Source: an uncultured archaeon (GTDB lineage Archaea; Aenigmatarchaeota; Aenigmatarchaeia; CG10238-14; SCSR01). From it: 64,000 nt of DNA. The DNA lies in contig CAYJQI010000001.1 of NCBI GenBank assembly GCA_964372485.1, positions 523,714-587,713 of the forward strand, written 5' to 3'. Under the pieces are notes generated by a model that was not told the origin of the DNA, ran no database searches, and saw only the letters and a program-made list of their open reading frames with translations. The translations under genes were made by a program, and so were the position numbers. Positions 17,882 to 26,063 of this stretch are shown here, in pieces; within the stretch, counting starts at the first letter, position 1, and each line of letters begins with the position of its first letter.

Positions 17882-19116
17882 AAATTCAATAGTTTTCTAA
17901 TATATTCAAAAGGTTTTACAATTGCCCATCCTAGCCAAATACCCATCATCACGATCATTACCATTCCTATACCCATGATGCTGGGAGGGGTTTGGTTCTT
18001 TGAAACACCTAAGCCACTATACATCTTCAGAAATTGGTTTCCAACTCTGTCCCATGAATATTTTTGTGCGGTAATCAAACCGTAATTCCCCATTTTTCTT
18101 CTCAATTTTTCATCTTCTATCAAACGATCTATTTCTTTTGAAAGTGAAGTTGCATTTTTTGGTTTCGCGAATGCAATTCCTTTTGATTCACCATAAACTT
18201 CTCTATATCCAGTTATATCTGTCGCTACCACAGGTTTGCCAGTTGCCATCGCTTCACCTATTGTCAATCCGAAACTTTCATCACTCACAGTTGGAGCGCA
18301 GAACAAATCGCAAGTTGCATAATATTGGGGTAGATCCTTATCACTTACGTATCCAGTAAATACAACATCTTCCAATTTATTTTCTTCTACGAAATTTTCA
18401 TGGTTTTCTTTTGAATATCCCTCCCCAACAACTATGAGTCTTATGTTGGGATGTTCAGTTTTCAAATTTTTGTATGCTTTTAACAAATACCCTAACCCTT
18501 TTCTCTTATCCATTCTTCCTACGAAAAGTATGTTTAACTTTCCATCCTTGAATTTTTCAATTTTTTTATTCGAAGGTTTGAATGTTGTTGTATCTATCCC
18601 ATTTGGAATTACTTGAACTGTTTTGATGTAATCCTTCATGAGATATTTGAGCACCGGTTTTGATGGTACAGTACCTTTATTGAATTTATCCAGATAGTCC
18701 CGCATGAAATAATTCATCATGTGAGAAAATACTTTATACGTCATGCTGGTTTCAGGTAGTATGTGATATGTTAACACATTTTTCGAGGTTGATTTTCTAA
18801 GAATTTGCAGCGTTGAGAAAATTCCTATACTGTGAAAGTGGAGAATATCAAATTTTTCCTTCTTTAGAATATTTTCCAGTTCTTCATTATCATAAATCAT
18901 GCTCCAATTTGCCTTGCTTCCATTCCCATATTCAAATGCTGTAGTTGTCCCTAGTAATATGACATCCTTACCATGTTTTTCATTCTTTTTGTACCTAGGT
19001 GCAATTATCTTTACGTCATACTTTTTTGATTTCAGAAACTTGTAAAGACCTTTTACTTGGTCTTGTATACCGCCCGGTAAAGAAAGTGGGTCTGCACATA
19101 CTAGCCCTATTTTCAT
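17878..19116 (-). CDS. Family 4 (GT-B) glycosyltransferase with C-terminal TM segment
   Basis: 412 aa with DESFGLTIGEAMATGKPVVATDITGYREV, an E-x7-E type GT4 signature. Overlaps the nth start by 4 nt. Confidence 0.8.
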   Translation of the reverse strand: MKIGLVCADPLSLPGGIQDQVKGLYKFLKSKKYDVKIIAPRYKKNEKHGKDVILLGTTTAFEYGNGSKANWSMIYDNEELENILKKEKFDILHFHSIGIFSTLQILRKSTSKNVLTYHILPETSMTYKVFSHMMNYFMRDYLDKFNKGTVPSKPVLKYLMKDYIKTVQVIPNGIDTTTFKPSNKKIEKFKDGKLNILFVGRMDKRKGLGYLLKAYKNLKTEHPNIRLIVVGEGYSKENHENFVEENKLEDVVFTGYVSDKDLPQYYATCDLFCAPTVSDESFGLTIGEAMATGKPVVATDITGYREVYGESKGIAFAKPKNATSLSKEIDRLIEDEKLRRKMGNYGLITAQKYSWDRVGNQFLKMYSGLGVSKNQTPPSIMGIGMVMIVMMGIWLGWAIVKPFEYIRKLLNL

Positions 19117-19186
19117 AATCTAAACATCGAAAAACTGGTTTATAAACCCTATTATATTTAAATAGCTATCTGGTCGTAGTAAATTT

Positions 19187-19426
19187 ATGTCTAAAAGAAG
19201 ATTGTTACCATATATTGCAGGAGGATTTGTCGCAACAACAGCTATTCTTGCAACCGTTGGAACTATGCATGCTGTAAGAGCGGCTGGTTTACCACGTGGT
19301 TCAGAGGTTGGGATGAGTGGACCTGAAGCGACCAAAGCCATCCAATTTTATATCGGTGGTGTATTGACTCTAACAGCTGGTGCCTTGGCGTATTACGGCG
19401 CACGAGGACAAAGAAATACAGAGTAA
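19187..19426 (+). CDS. Small two-TM membrane protein
   Basis: 79 aa with two hydrophobic helices (IAGGFVATTAILATVGTM and IQFYIGGVLTLTAGALAYYG). Confidence 0.4.
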   Translation: MSKRRLLPYIAGGFVATTAILATVGTMHAVRAAGLPRGSEVGMSGPEATKAIQFYIGGVLTLTAGALAYYGARGQRNTE

Positions 19427-19475
19427 CTGACATTGTAAGAGATTTTATATTTTAGAATGTTTTAATTAATAGTTA

Positions 19476-22013
19476 ATGAAAACCGAAAGTTTCCGTCTCT
19501 CTTCAACCATTTGTCCTGTGAATTACGATCTCTTTTTTGAAGTGGATTTAACTAAATTCGAGTTTCATGGGAAAGAATCAATTGACCTGGAAATAAGTAA
19601 ACCGGCTTCAAAAATAGTTCTTAATGCTCGTGATTTGGCAATAACACATGTTTATTTGATTCATCATAAGAAATCTATAACACCCAAAGTTAAGATAGAT
19701 AACGAAAAGGAATTGGTAACTCTAACTCTAGGTGAGAATGTTAAAGGATCTGTGAAACTTTGTCTAGATTTTGATGGAAAATTAACAGATAACTTGGTAG
19801 GTTTCTACAGGAGCAAGTATCTTCAAAATAAATCTGAAAAATATCTTGCAACAACACAATTTGAAGCACCTTATGCAAGAAGAGCATTTCCATGTTTTGA
19901 TGATCCTGAATTTAAAGCAACATTTGATGTATCTCTAAGCATTGATAAAAAATTCCAAGGCATATCCAATATGCCAATAAAACAATCTACCACAGATAAG
20001 GGGAAGAAAATCGTAAAGTTCCAGCGAACACCTAAAATGTCAACATATCTTCTTTACATGGGTGTGGGTGAATTTGAGTTTTTGGAAAGTAAAATGAAGA
20101 ATGTTCTAGTTAGAATTGTAACAACTCCAGGAAAGAAAAAACAAGGTGAACTTGCACTCGAGATGACGAAGAATATCTTGTCGTATTTCGAAGATTACTC
20201 GCAGATTAAATATCCATTACCAAAACTCGATGTTATAGCCCTACCTGATTTTGCTTGGGGTGCAATGGAAAATTGGGGCGCTATCACATTTAGAGAACTC
20301 TATCTTTTATTCGATCCAAAAATGACATCGACTGCAGTTAAGAAAAGAATAGCCATGATAATTGCGCATGAATTATGGCATCAGTGGTCAGGTGATTTGG
20401 TGACAATGCGATGGTGGAATGATTTATGGTTGAATGAGAGCTTTGCAACTTTTATGGGATACAAGGCTGTTGATCATTTCTATCCAGAATGGAAAATGTG
20501 GGAAGAATTTATTGATGATGAAACAGAACGTGCCTTTGGCGATGATTCTTTGAAAACAACCCATCCAATCGAGGTTGATGTTAGAGATCCACATGAGATA
20601 GAAGAAATTTTTGATGCTATCAGCTATTCGAAGGGTGGGAGTATATTGAGAATGTTAGAAAGTTTTCTAGGTGATGAAGTGTTCAGGAAAGGTGTGAGTG
20701 ATTATCTTAATGCAAACAAATACGGCAATGCAACTTCAGAAGATTTGTGGAAGTCTCTCGCAAAAATTTCACAAAAACCTGTAAAGGAAATAATGATAGA
20801 TTGGATACGACAACCCGGATATCCGCTTGTTGAAGCTGTTTTAGAAAATCAACACTTGTTATTACGGCAGAAAAAATTTGTTTTCAATCAAAATGATGCG
20901 AAAACAACATGGAAAATACCATTGACAATTAAATTGAGTAATAATTCTGTGATGAATTATATTTTGGATAAAAGGGAAAATCAAGTACCCATTGAAGCAG
21001 CTCTAGAATGGTTTAAAGTAAATCATAATCAAAGCGGGTTCTATCGTGTCAAATATCCGAATGGAATGATGCAGAAATTTGATTATCTTGTAGGAAGTAA
21101 ATCATTGGAATCTATCGATAGATGGAGTGTCCAGAATGATTTGTTTGAACTTTCTCGACACGGTGAAGATAATCTTGACAATTATTTGAGATTAATAAAA
21201 TCTTACGGAAATGAAGACAGTCATTTGGTTCTTAGTAGTATCTATACTAATCTCCGAAGTATATACTTTGTTTTCAATCAAGAGAAATTCTGGTCACATA
21301 TATGGCCAAGTTTCAAAAATCATTTCACAGAAGCTCCAAGACGAATGTTGGAAAAATTAGGATGGGAACCTAAACCAAATGAAAGTCAAGAAGATGCCCT
21401 TCTCAGGGAATCTGCAATAAGATTTCTAGGATTTGCAGAAGATCCAGATGTTATTTCAAAAGTAAGAGAACTTTATCAGAATTATCTTAAAACAAAATCA
21501 TTACATCCCGATATAAAATCACCAGTATTTTTCATAACTGCATTAAATGGCGATGAAAAAACTTATAAGGAGCTTTTGAACTTGTATTCCACAACTGAAA
21601 GTCCAGAAGAGAAAAGAATATTCCTTGCTGCACTTGGACAATTTAAGAGTGTCGAATTGATCAAGAAATATTTGGACTTCTCACTTACTTCAAAAGTCAG
21701 AACACAAGATTTGATTATTTCATTCTCATCAGTTGCATCCAATCCACATTCTCGGCAAATATTTCTGCAATGGGTAAAGAAAAATTGGAGTAAAATTAAG
21801 AAATATGAAAAGAGTGGAAAAATCCTGGTGACATTTCTTGAATCCTTTATCGCAGCTAACGTGAATGAAGATGCTGTTAAGGAATTGAAAGATTTCTTCA
21901 AGAAAAATCCAATAAAGTACAAATTAACATTGGATAGATCATTTGAAAAGGTGGAAAGAAATCTAAATTGGTTGGAAAATAATAAAGAGAATTTGGAGAA
22001 ATATTTTAGTTAA
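19476..22013 (+). CDS. M1-family aminopeptidase (aminopeptidase N / tricorn-interacting factor F2/F3-like)
   Basis: 845 aa with the GAMENWG exopeptidase motif and HELWHQWSGDLVTMRWWNDLWLNESFA (HExxH-x18-E). Confidence 0.9.
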   Translation: MKTESFRLSSTICPVNYDLFFEVDLTKFEFHGKESIDLEISKPASKIVLNARDLAITHVYLIHHKKSITPKVKIDNEKELVTLTLGENVKGSVKLCLDFDGKLTDNLVGFYRSKYLQNKSEKYLATTQFEAPYARRAFPCFDDPEFKATFDVSLSIDKKFQGISNMPIKQSTTDKGKKIVKFQRTPKMSTYLLYMGVGEFEFLESKMKNVLVRIVTTPGKKKQGELALEMTKNILSYFEDYSQIKYPLPKLDVIALPDFAWGAMENWGAITFRELYLLFDPKMTSTAVKKRIAMIIAHELWHQWSGDLVTMRWWNDLWLNESFATFMGYKAVDHFYPEWKMWEEFIDDETERAFGDDSLKTTHPIEVDVRDPHEIEEIFDAISYSKGGSILRMLESFLGDEVFRKGVSDYLNANKYGNATSEDLWKSLAKISQKPVKEIMIDWIRQPGYPLVEAVLENQHLLLRQKKFVFNQNDAKTTWKIPLTIKLSNNSVMNYILDKRENQVPIEAALEWFKVNHNQSGFYRVKYPNGMMQKFDYLVGSKSLESIDRWSVQNDLFELSRHGEDNLDNYLRLIKSYGNEDSHLVLSSIYTNLRSIYFVFNQEKFWSHIWPSFKNHFTEAPRRMLEKLGWEPKPNESQEDALLRESAIRFLGFAEDPDVISKVRELYQNYLKTKSLHPDIKSPVFFITALNGDEKTYKELLNLYSTTESPEEKRIFLAALGQFKSVELIKKYLDFSLTSKVRTQDLIISFSSVASNPHSRQIFLQWVKKNWSKIKKYEKSGKILVTFLESFIAANVNEDAVKELKDFFKKNPIKYKLTLDRSFEKVERNLNWLENNKENLEKYFS

Positions 22014-22016
22014 GTA

Positions 22017-22259
22017 TTAAAAATTAATTGTCCATACAGATGGAATAGATTCGATGCTTTCTTCCCCAACTTTCGTTATTAACCATGTGTCATCTCCGTA
22101 TCTTTTTATCATATATAAGTAAACTTCTCGAAAACTTCTACCATTGTGAACGACTATTGGGGGATTTCCTCTAATTGCAACATATCCTTTGTGACGATTA
22201 AGTTGAAGCTTATGTCCTACATACCATTCGTACAATCTATCTAATTTTAGATTCGGCAT
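22017..22259 (-). CDS. Hypothetical small protein (80 aa)
   Basis: The only ORF of its size in this slot. No motif recognised. Confidence 0.35.
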   Translation of the reverse strand: MPNLKLDRLYEWYVGHKLQLNRHKGYVAIRGNPPIVVHNGRSFREVYLYMIKRYGDDTWLITKVGEESIESIPSVWTINF

Positions 22260-22273
22260 AAAATTATTTAATT

Positions 22274-22432
22274 TTAAAGTACAAACTTTAACGCAATTTC
22301 AAAAGCAGCAATTCCTACAACAATCCATACAACATGCATAGGCTTTAGTTTTACAACTTCCTTCTCTTCTTCAGAATAACGAATTAATCCACCAACCCCG
22401 GAAGGTACATAGACTTTATCCTTGCTTGCCAT
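22274..22432 (-). CDS. secG: Preprotein translocase subunit Sec61-beta (archaeal SecG)
   Basis: 52-aa ORF below the track cut-off: MASKDKVYVPSGVGGLIRYSEEEKEVVKLKPMHVVWIVVGIAAFEIALKFVL. It has the G-L-I-R-Y-x-E-E box followed by a single C-terminal TM helix, the Sec61-beta layout. Confidence 0.65.
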   Translation of the reverse strand: MASKDKVYVPSGVGGLIRYSEEEKEVVKLKPMHVVWIVVGIAAFEIALKFVL

Positions 22433-22449
22433 TATTATCAATTATCCTT

Positions 22450-22656
22450 CTATTTTAAAAACTTTAATGCTTTGTTGTTGACTATTAAAATTCCCAATCC
22501 AACGAGAAGAAGTACAATTCCATAAATGATATGGATGGAATGAGTTTCATTTTCAAATCCTATTGAAGTATGAAAAGCATGCGGTAAGAAAGCAAAAAGT
22601 AGTCCGGCAGCAATTAAGATTGTTCCTATGAAATCAAAAACCTTGTTATTTTTCAT
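22450..22656 (-). CDS. Small two-TM membrane protein
   Basis: 68 aa with two hydrophobic helices. Confidence 0.4.
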   Translation of the reverse strand: MKNNKVFDFIGTILIAAGLLFAFLPHAFHTSIGFENETHSIHIIYGIVLLLVGLGILIVNNKALKFLK

Positions 22657-22683
22657 AAAATCCCAAAAAGAAAGAAATGGGGC

Positions 22684-22959
22684 TCATTTCTTAAGCCCGT
22701 ATACAATTCCTAAAGCTACAGCACCAATTACGATGTGTAGTATTGCGAAATTCATGTCGAATGCGAAAACGTCAGCTAGTATATCTTTCGCTCCTGGTAC
22801 CAAACCAAGAACTCCTACAACAGCTGCTATTATTCCTAGCGCCATATTATAGGTTCGAGCGTTACCTTTCATTCCTAGCCAAACGCCTACGGCTCCTCCA
22901 ACGAGATGTAATATGTTTGCCACCATGTTTGAGCCTAACAAAACATCATTTTCAGGCAA
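22684..22959 (-). CDS. DUF4383-like small membrane protein; N-terminal helix lies upstream of any usable start codon (possible homopolymer frameshift)
   Basis: The frame stays open upstream to 23058 and encodes ...QKTFATVIGAVLILVGILGFVPNPLVG, with no ATG/GTG. A GTG at 23062-23060 with AAGG upstream is one frame off, across a 6-nt homopolymer run at 23034-23039. Confidence 0.5.
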   Translation of the reverse strand: MPENDVLLGSNMVANILHLVGGAVGVWLGMKGNARTYNMALGIIAAVVGVLGLVPGAKDILADVFAFDMNFAILHIVIGAVALGIVYGLKK

Positions 22960-23153
22960 ACCTACTAGTGGGTTTGGTACAAATCCTAATATTCCTACTA
23001 GAATGAGAACCGCACCTATTACAGTCGCGAAGGTTTTTTGTATATCCGCGATTTTGTATCACCTTAAAATGTAATTGTTGATAGACGGTATTTAAGATTA
23101 ACTAAGGATTGGAGATAATAATGGTTAAATAGTTTATGATTTAAACACTATTA

Positions 23154-23819
23154 ATGGTCAAAGCTGCCCTTTCCGATACAAAAACAAAAAGTGAGCCTAA
23201 AAAACCTACAAGTACAGAGTTATTTTCAAACGCAATATCTTTATTGACTGATTATGATGGATGGGCTTTTTGTTACGATGCTCTTTATGATGAGAATGCC
23301 GGCCTTTCAGCTTCTCATGTATGCACTAGTTCACAATTAACTCGCGGCAGAGATATTTATACAAAAGTGGGTGAGCAATTGCCTAGAGGTTTTGAGGGTG
23401 ACGATTTTATAATGTTGACCGTGGACAGTGATCTTCGTAAACAACTTGCAAGGAGTTCATCTTCCATCGATACCTACATAAAAAAGATAAGAAATCGAAA
23501 TGGTAAAATAACTATCGGATACATTCTACCTAATCCATCTTGGTTTATTCGTATGATAAGATGGCATCCAACTTACGCTTCAGTCATGGTATCTAGTCAT
23601 TTTGGAGATATGTTTAGTACCCCATTAGGATCTGTTCGACAAGAACTCAGATCAGCGGAAGTGGTAGTCAAACCCAAAAAACTGGCATATGAATTATCAA
23701 ATGTGGCCAACTACGCATTAGGTTCTATACATGCTCCACCAGCTGCAAAACCACTTGTAGAATATATTGACCGATTTTTATCTCCTCAGTTGCTTAAGTT
23801 AGTTAACGTTTCACAATAA
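23154..23819 (+). CDS. Hypothetical protein (221 aa)
   Basis: Long ORF with no competing feature. No motif recognised. Confidence 0.45.
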   Translation: MVKAALSDTKTKSEPKKPTSTELFSNAISLLTDYDGWAFCYDALYDENAGLSASHVCTSSQLTRGRDIYTKVGEQLPRGFEGDDFIMLTVDSDLRKQLARSSSSIDTYIKKIRNRNGKITIGYILPNPSWFIRMIRWHPTYASVMVSSHFGDMFSTPLGSVRQELRSAEVVVKPKKLAYELSNVANYALGSIHAPPAAKPLVEYIDRFLSPQLLKLVNVSQ

Positions 23820-23825
23820 AGAAAA

Positions 23826-24078
23826 GGCGTGCTGCCCATAGTCCCTCTTTTGTTTTGGTAGCATTTATCTAAGCCCTTACGGTTGCACCCAAGGTTATAC
23901 CAGACCGTTTCATTCCATTACCAGCACTTCACTTGAGCTCATCATACTGCTGTCATGGATCCGTTTCTGATTCTGGTTCTGACTTCTCAGCCAGCTGCTT
24001 TCACAGCACCTTAACGGGTGGAGAGAACTTCCTCATTCACACTTTGACATGTGAACGAAGCTACCTGTTCAGCTCGCC
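23826..24078 (-). ncRNA. rnpB: RNase P RNA (compact, about 250 nt)
   Basis: GC-enriched non-coding block. On the minus strand: P1 GGCGAGCUG/CAGCACGCC, P2 GGUAGC/GCUACC, P3 hairpin UUCACA...UGUGAA. CR-I-like GAGGAAGUUCUCU pairs with CR-V-like ACAAAAGAGGGACUAU to form P4. AGAUAAAUG resembles the bacterial AGAUGAAUG. TTTAAATA box at 24111-24118 upstream. Confidence 0.75.
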
Positions 24079-24152
24079 TAATTATTAGATGTGGGGATAG
24101 TATTTAAAGGTTGGTTAAACAACTTAATTTAATTCCAAATCTAAATTAAATC

Positions 24153-24725
24153 ATGCAGCTTATGGGAAATGTTGTTGAAAGTGTAAAAGCCAACAAATGG
24201 TGGGTAATTCTTGCAATTATTTTATATATTTTACCAGCAGCATATAGGTTAAGTACAGGAAATTCAATCATTCCCATTCTCAACAGTACATTGTTTCTTT
24301 ATCATGATGAATCTCAAATAACTCCAATTAATTTAGAAGTTCTAGGTGCACTTTTTCTGATTCCAGGGGTTCTTGGTGCAGTGTTAGGTGTTACATTTTT
24401 GGAAAAATTATCAGGTAGAAAACTTGTGGGTTGGGAAAAATATGTTGCACGAGTTTTTGGATCTCTTTCAGTTGCTTTAGGCTGGACTGCTATACAATTC
24501 TTTGGATTTTTATTCTTCAATCCATCTGGACCATGGGGAGATAGTTTATGGGCAAGTCCTGATGCGTATGCAAGAAATTTGTTAGTTGCTTTAATTGTAG
24601 CCCCACTAGTTCCTTATCTTATAGAGTTTAAAAGGAAGATGATAAAGAAAATAAAACTTCCAAAATTATCTGACTTTTTCTCTAAACCACCGCCAAAAAT
24701 GAAGATTACCAAATCTCCTGAGTAA
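24153..24725 (+). CDS. Multi-pass membrane protein, unknown family
   Basis: 190 aa with 4-5 hydrophobic helices and a Lys-rich C-terminal tail. Confidence 0.5.
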   Translation: MQLMGNVVESVKANKWWVILAIILYILPAAYRLSTGNSIIPILNSTLFLYHDESQITPINLEVLGALFLIPGVLGAVLGVTFLEKLSGRKLVGWEKYVARVFGSLSVALGWTAIQFFGFLFFNPSGPWGDSLWASPDAYARNLLVALIVAPLVPYLIEFKRKMIKKIKLPKLSDFFSKPPPKMKITKSPE

Positions 24726-24738
24726 ATATTCAATGAAG

Positions 24739-24809
24739 TGGGTTCGAAGAGAATCGAACTCTTGTTCAGTCCACGTCAAAGACTAGTCCTACCACTAGAC
24801 TACGAACCC
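24739..24809 (-). tRNA. tRNA-Val (anticodon GAC)
   Basis: Minus strand cloverleaf: GGGUUCG UA GUCU AGUGGUA GGAC U AGUCU UUGACGU GGACU GAAC AAGAG UUCGAUU CUCUU CGAACCC A. All stems pair. No encoded CCA. Confidence 0.9.
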
Positions 24810-24813
24810 TTGA

Positions 24814-25326
24814 TTAAATCTTATACAGATATGAATAAAAATGTCCTGTTCTTATTTTTTCAACTTCTTTCCATCCATCTATTGTATGGCTTGCGGAAAC
24901 TATTCTCGTTCCTTTCTTGAGTTTTTCAAATACAGGTTTTAATTTCTGTGTTAATTTATGTGATAGATATATCAAAATTACATCTGCATTATCATAACTT
25001 TCTTTGAAAATATCTCCGTGGACAACTTTTATTTTATTTTGTAATTTATTTCTTCTAATCCTCAATCTAGTCCACCATACCAATAATCTATTCTTTTCTA
25101 TTCCAAAAGATTTTGTACCAAATTCCTTACTAGCTAAAACCAGTGTTCGTCCATCACCAGATCCAAGATCATAAAATGTTTCATTCTTTTTTGTACGAGC
25201 TAATTTTAACATTTTTCTTATTGTATTTTTAGGAAGTGGAACAGGTATTGCTTCATCTCTGAACAATTCGATTAATATCCATAGCAAAATTGGCAAGGGT
25301 AATAATTGAAGTAATTGAATGTCCAT
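24814..25326 (-). CDS. Class I SAM-dependent methyltransferase with N-terminal TM helix
   Basis: 170 aa. Motif I is FYDLGSGDGRTLVLAS, with acidic residues after beta-2 (FGIEKN). Confidence 0.65.
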   Translation of the reverse strand: MDIQLLQLLPLPILLWILIELFRDEAIPVPLPKNTIRKMLKLARTKKNETFYDLGSGDGRTLVLASKEFGTKSFGIEKNRLLVWWTRLRIRRNKLQNKIKVVHGDIFKESYDNADVILIYLSHKLTQKLKPVFEKLKKGTRIVSASHTIDGWKEVEKIRTGHFYSYLYKI

Positions 25327-25330
25327 GTCA

Positions 25331-25549
25331 TCACAAATATCTCAAAAATTCATCACGATTTATTTTGGCATCTTTTAATATTGCATTTAAGGTTCCTTTG
25401 TCCAATTCATCGTGAAGTGGAATTGTAATAAACGATGTATCATTGGTAAGAGTTACATGACTTCCTTTTTGTCTCAATACTCTGAAATTAAAATTTTTAG
25501 TCAAGATTTTTATAAGATCATATCCTGAAACTACAGGAAGTTTGGCCAT
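25331..25549 (-). CDS. hicA: HicA-family toxin (YcfA-like mRNA interferase)
   Basis: 72 aa: VSGYDLIKILTKNFNFRVLRQKGSHVTL...IPLHDELDKGTLNAILKDAKI matches the HicA consensus. Confidence 0.8.
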   Translation of the reverse strand: MAKLPVVSGYDLIKILTKNFNFRVLRQKGSHVTLTNDTSFITIPLHDELDKGTLNAILKDAKINRDEFLRYL

Positions 25550-25554
25550 TCATC

Positions 25555-25767
25555 TCATCTTTTTGTGGGAACAATGTGACCTTTTTCCACATTCACTCTG
25601 CCATATTTCAGCATGTAATCCACCATAGATTCTAAGTGAACTTCTATAGCTTCACGTAAATTCTTTTTAGCCTCTAATAATGTTTTGCCTTGTGTAGTTA
25701 CACCTAACTCAGGAACTCTAGCAATATAATGTTTCTCACCTTTCCAAATCTTTATTGAAAGTTTCAT
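25555..25767 (-). CDS. hicB: HicB-family antitoxin (UPF0150)
   Basis: 70 aa: YIARVPELGVTTQGKTLLEAKKNLREAIEVHLE is the HicB N-domain consensus. It lies 5 nt upstream of hicA. Confidence 0.8.
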   Translation of the reverse strand: MKLSIKIWKGEKHYIARVPELGVTTQGKTLLEAKKNLREAIEVHLESMVDYMLKYGRVNVEKGHIVPTKR

Positions 25768-25801
25768 ATTGTTATTACACCTTCAGATAATTTAAATTAA
25801 G

Positions 25802-25885
25802 CGCCGAGGGTGGGATTTGAACCCGCAAGAGCTTGCGCTCGCTGGTTTAGCAAACCAGTGCCATACCAGATTAGGCGACCTCGGC
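25802..25885 (-). tRNA. tRNA-Ser (anticodon GCU), long variable arm
   Basis: Minus strand: acceptor GCCGAGG/CCUCGGC, anticodon stem CUGGU/ACCAG with loop UUGCUAA, variable arm GAGC-GCAA-GCUC, T-loop UUCAAAU. One C-A mismatch in the T stem. Confidence 0.85.
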
Positions 25886-25921
25886 ATTTCTATTTGTATA
25901 TTCTCACACACTCTTATTTAT

Positions 25922-26062
25922 ATGGTAGACTATCCCCAACATCCATTGTGTCCGCATTGTAATCAAGAAATAGGAGCTGTTAAAGAGCTGTTGATAGGTT
26001 CAAACAAAGTTTTCTATGCCTGTCCAAAGTGTATGAAAATTATTTCAATTGGTCGACCGTAA
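25922..26062 (+). CDS. Small zinc-ribbon protein (46 aa)
   Basis: From the internal Met: MVDYPQHPLCPHCNQEIG...FYACPKCMKIISIGRP (CxxC...CxxC). The upstream part of track ORF 25817 overlaps tRNA-Ser and is discounted. Confidence 0.35.
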   Translation: MVDYPQHPLCPHCNQEIGAVKELLIGSNKVFYACPKCMKIISIGRP

Positions 26063-26063
26063 G

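Noticed and set aside
23826-24078. SRP (7S) RNA as the identity of the GC-rich non-coding block
   Set aside because: I could not find the helix-8 GGAA/AGCA-type motifs or a long hairpin architecture. The P1-P2-P3-CR-I ... CR-V order of RNase P RNA fits well.
24738-24920. Track ORF starting with GTG at 24738
   Set aside because: It overlaps tRNA-Val on the opposite strand and then runs antisense into the methyltransferase gene.
25817-25921. N-terminal part of track ORF 25817-26062
   Set aside because: It overlaps tRNA-Ser. Only the C-terminal zinc-ribbon portion from Met 25922 is retained, and with low confidence.
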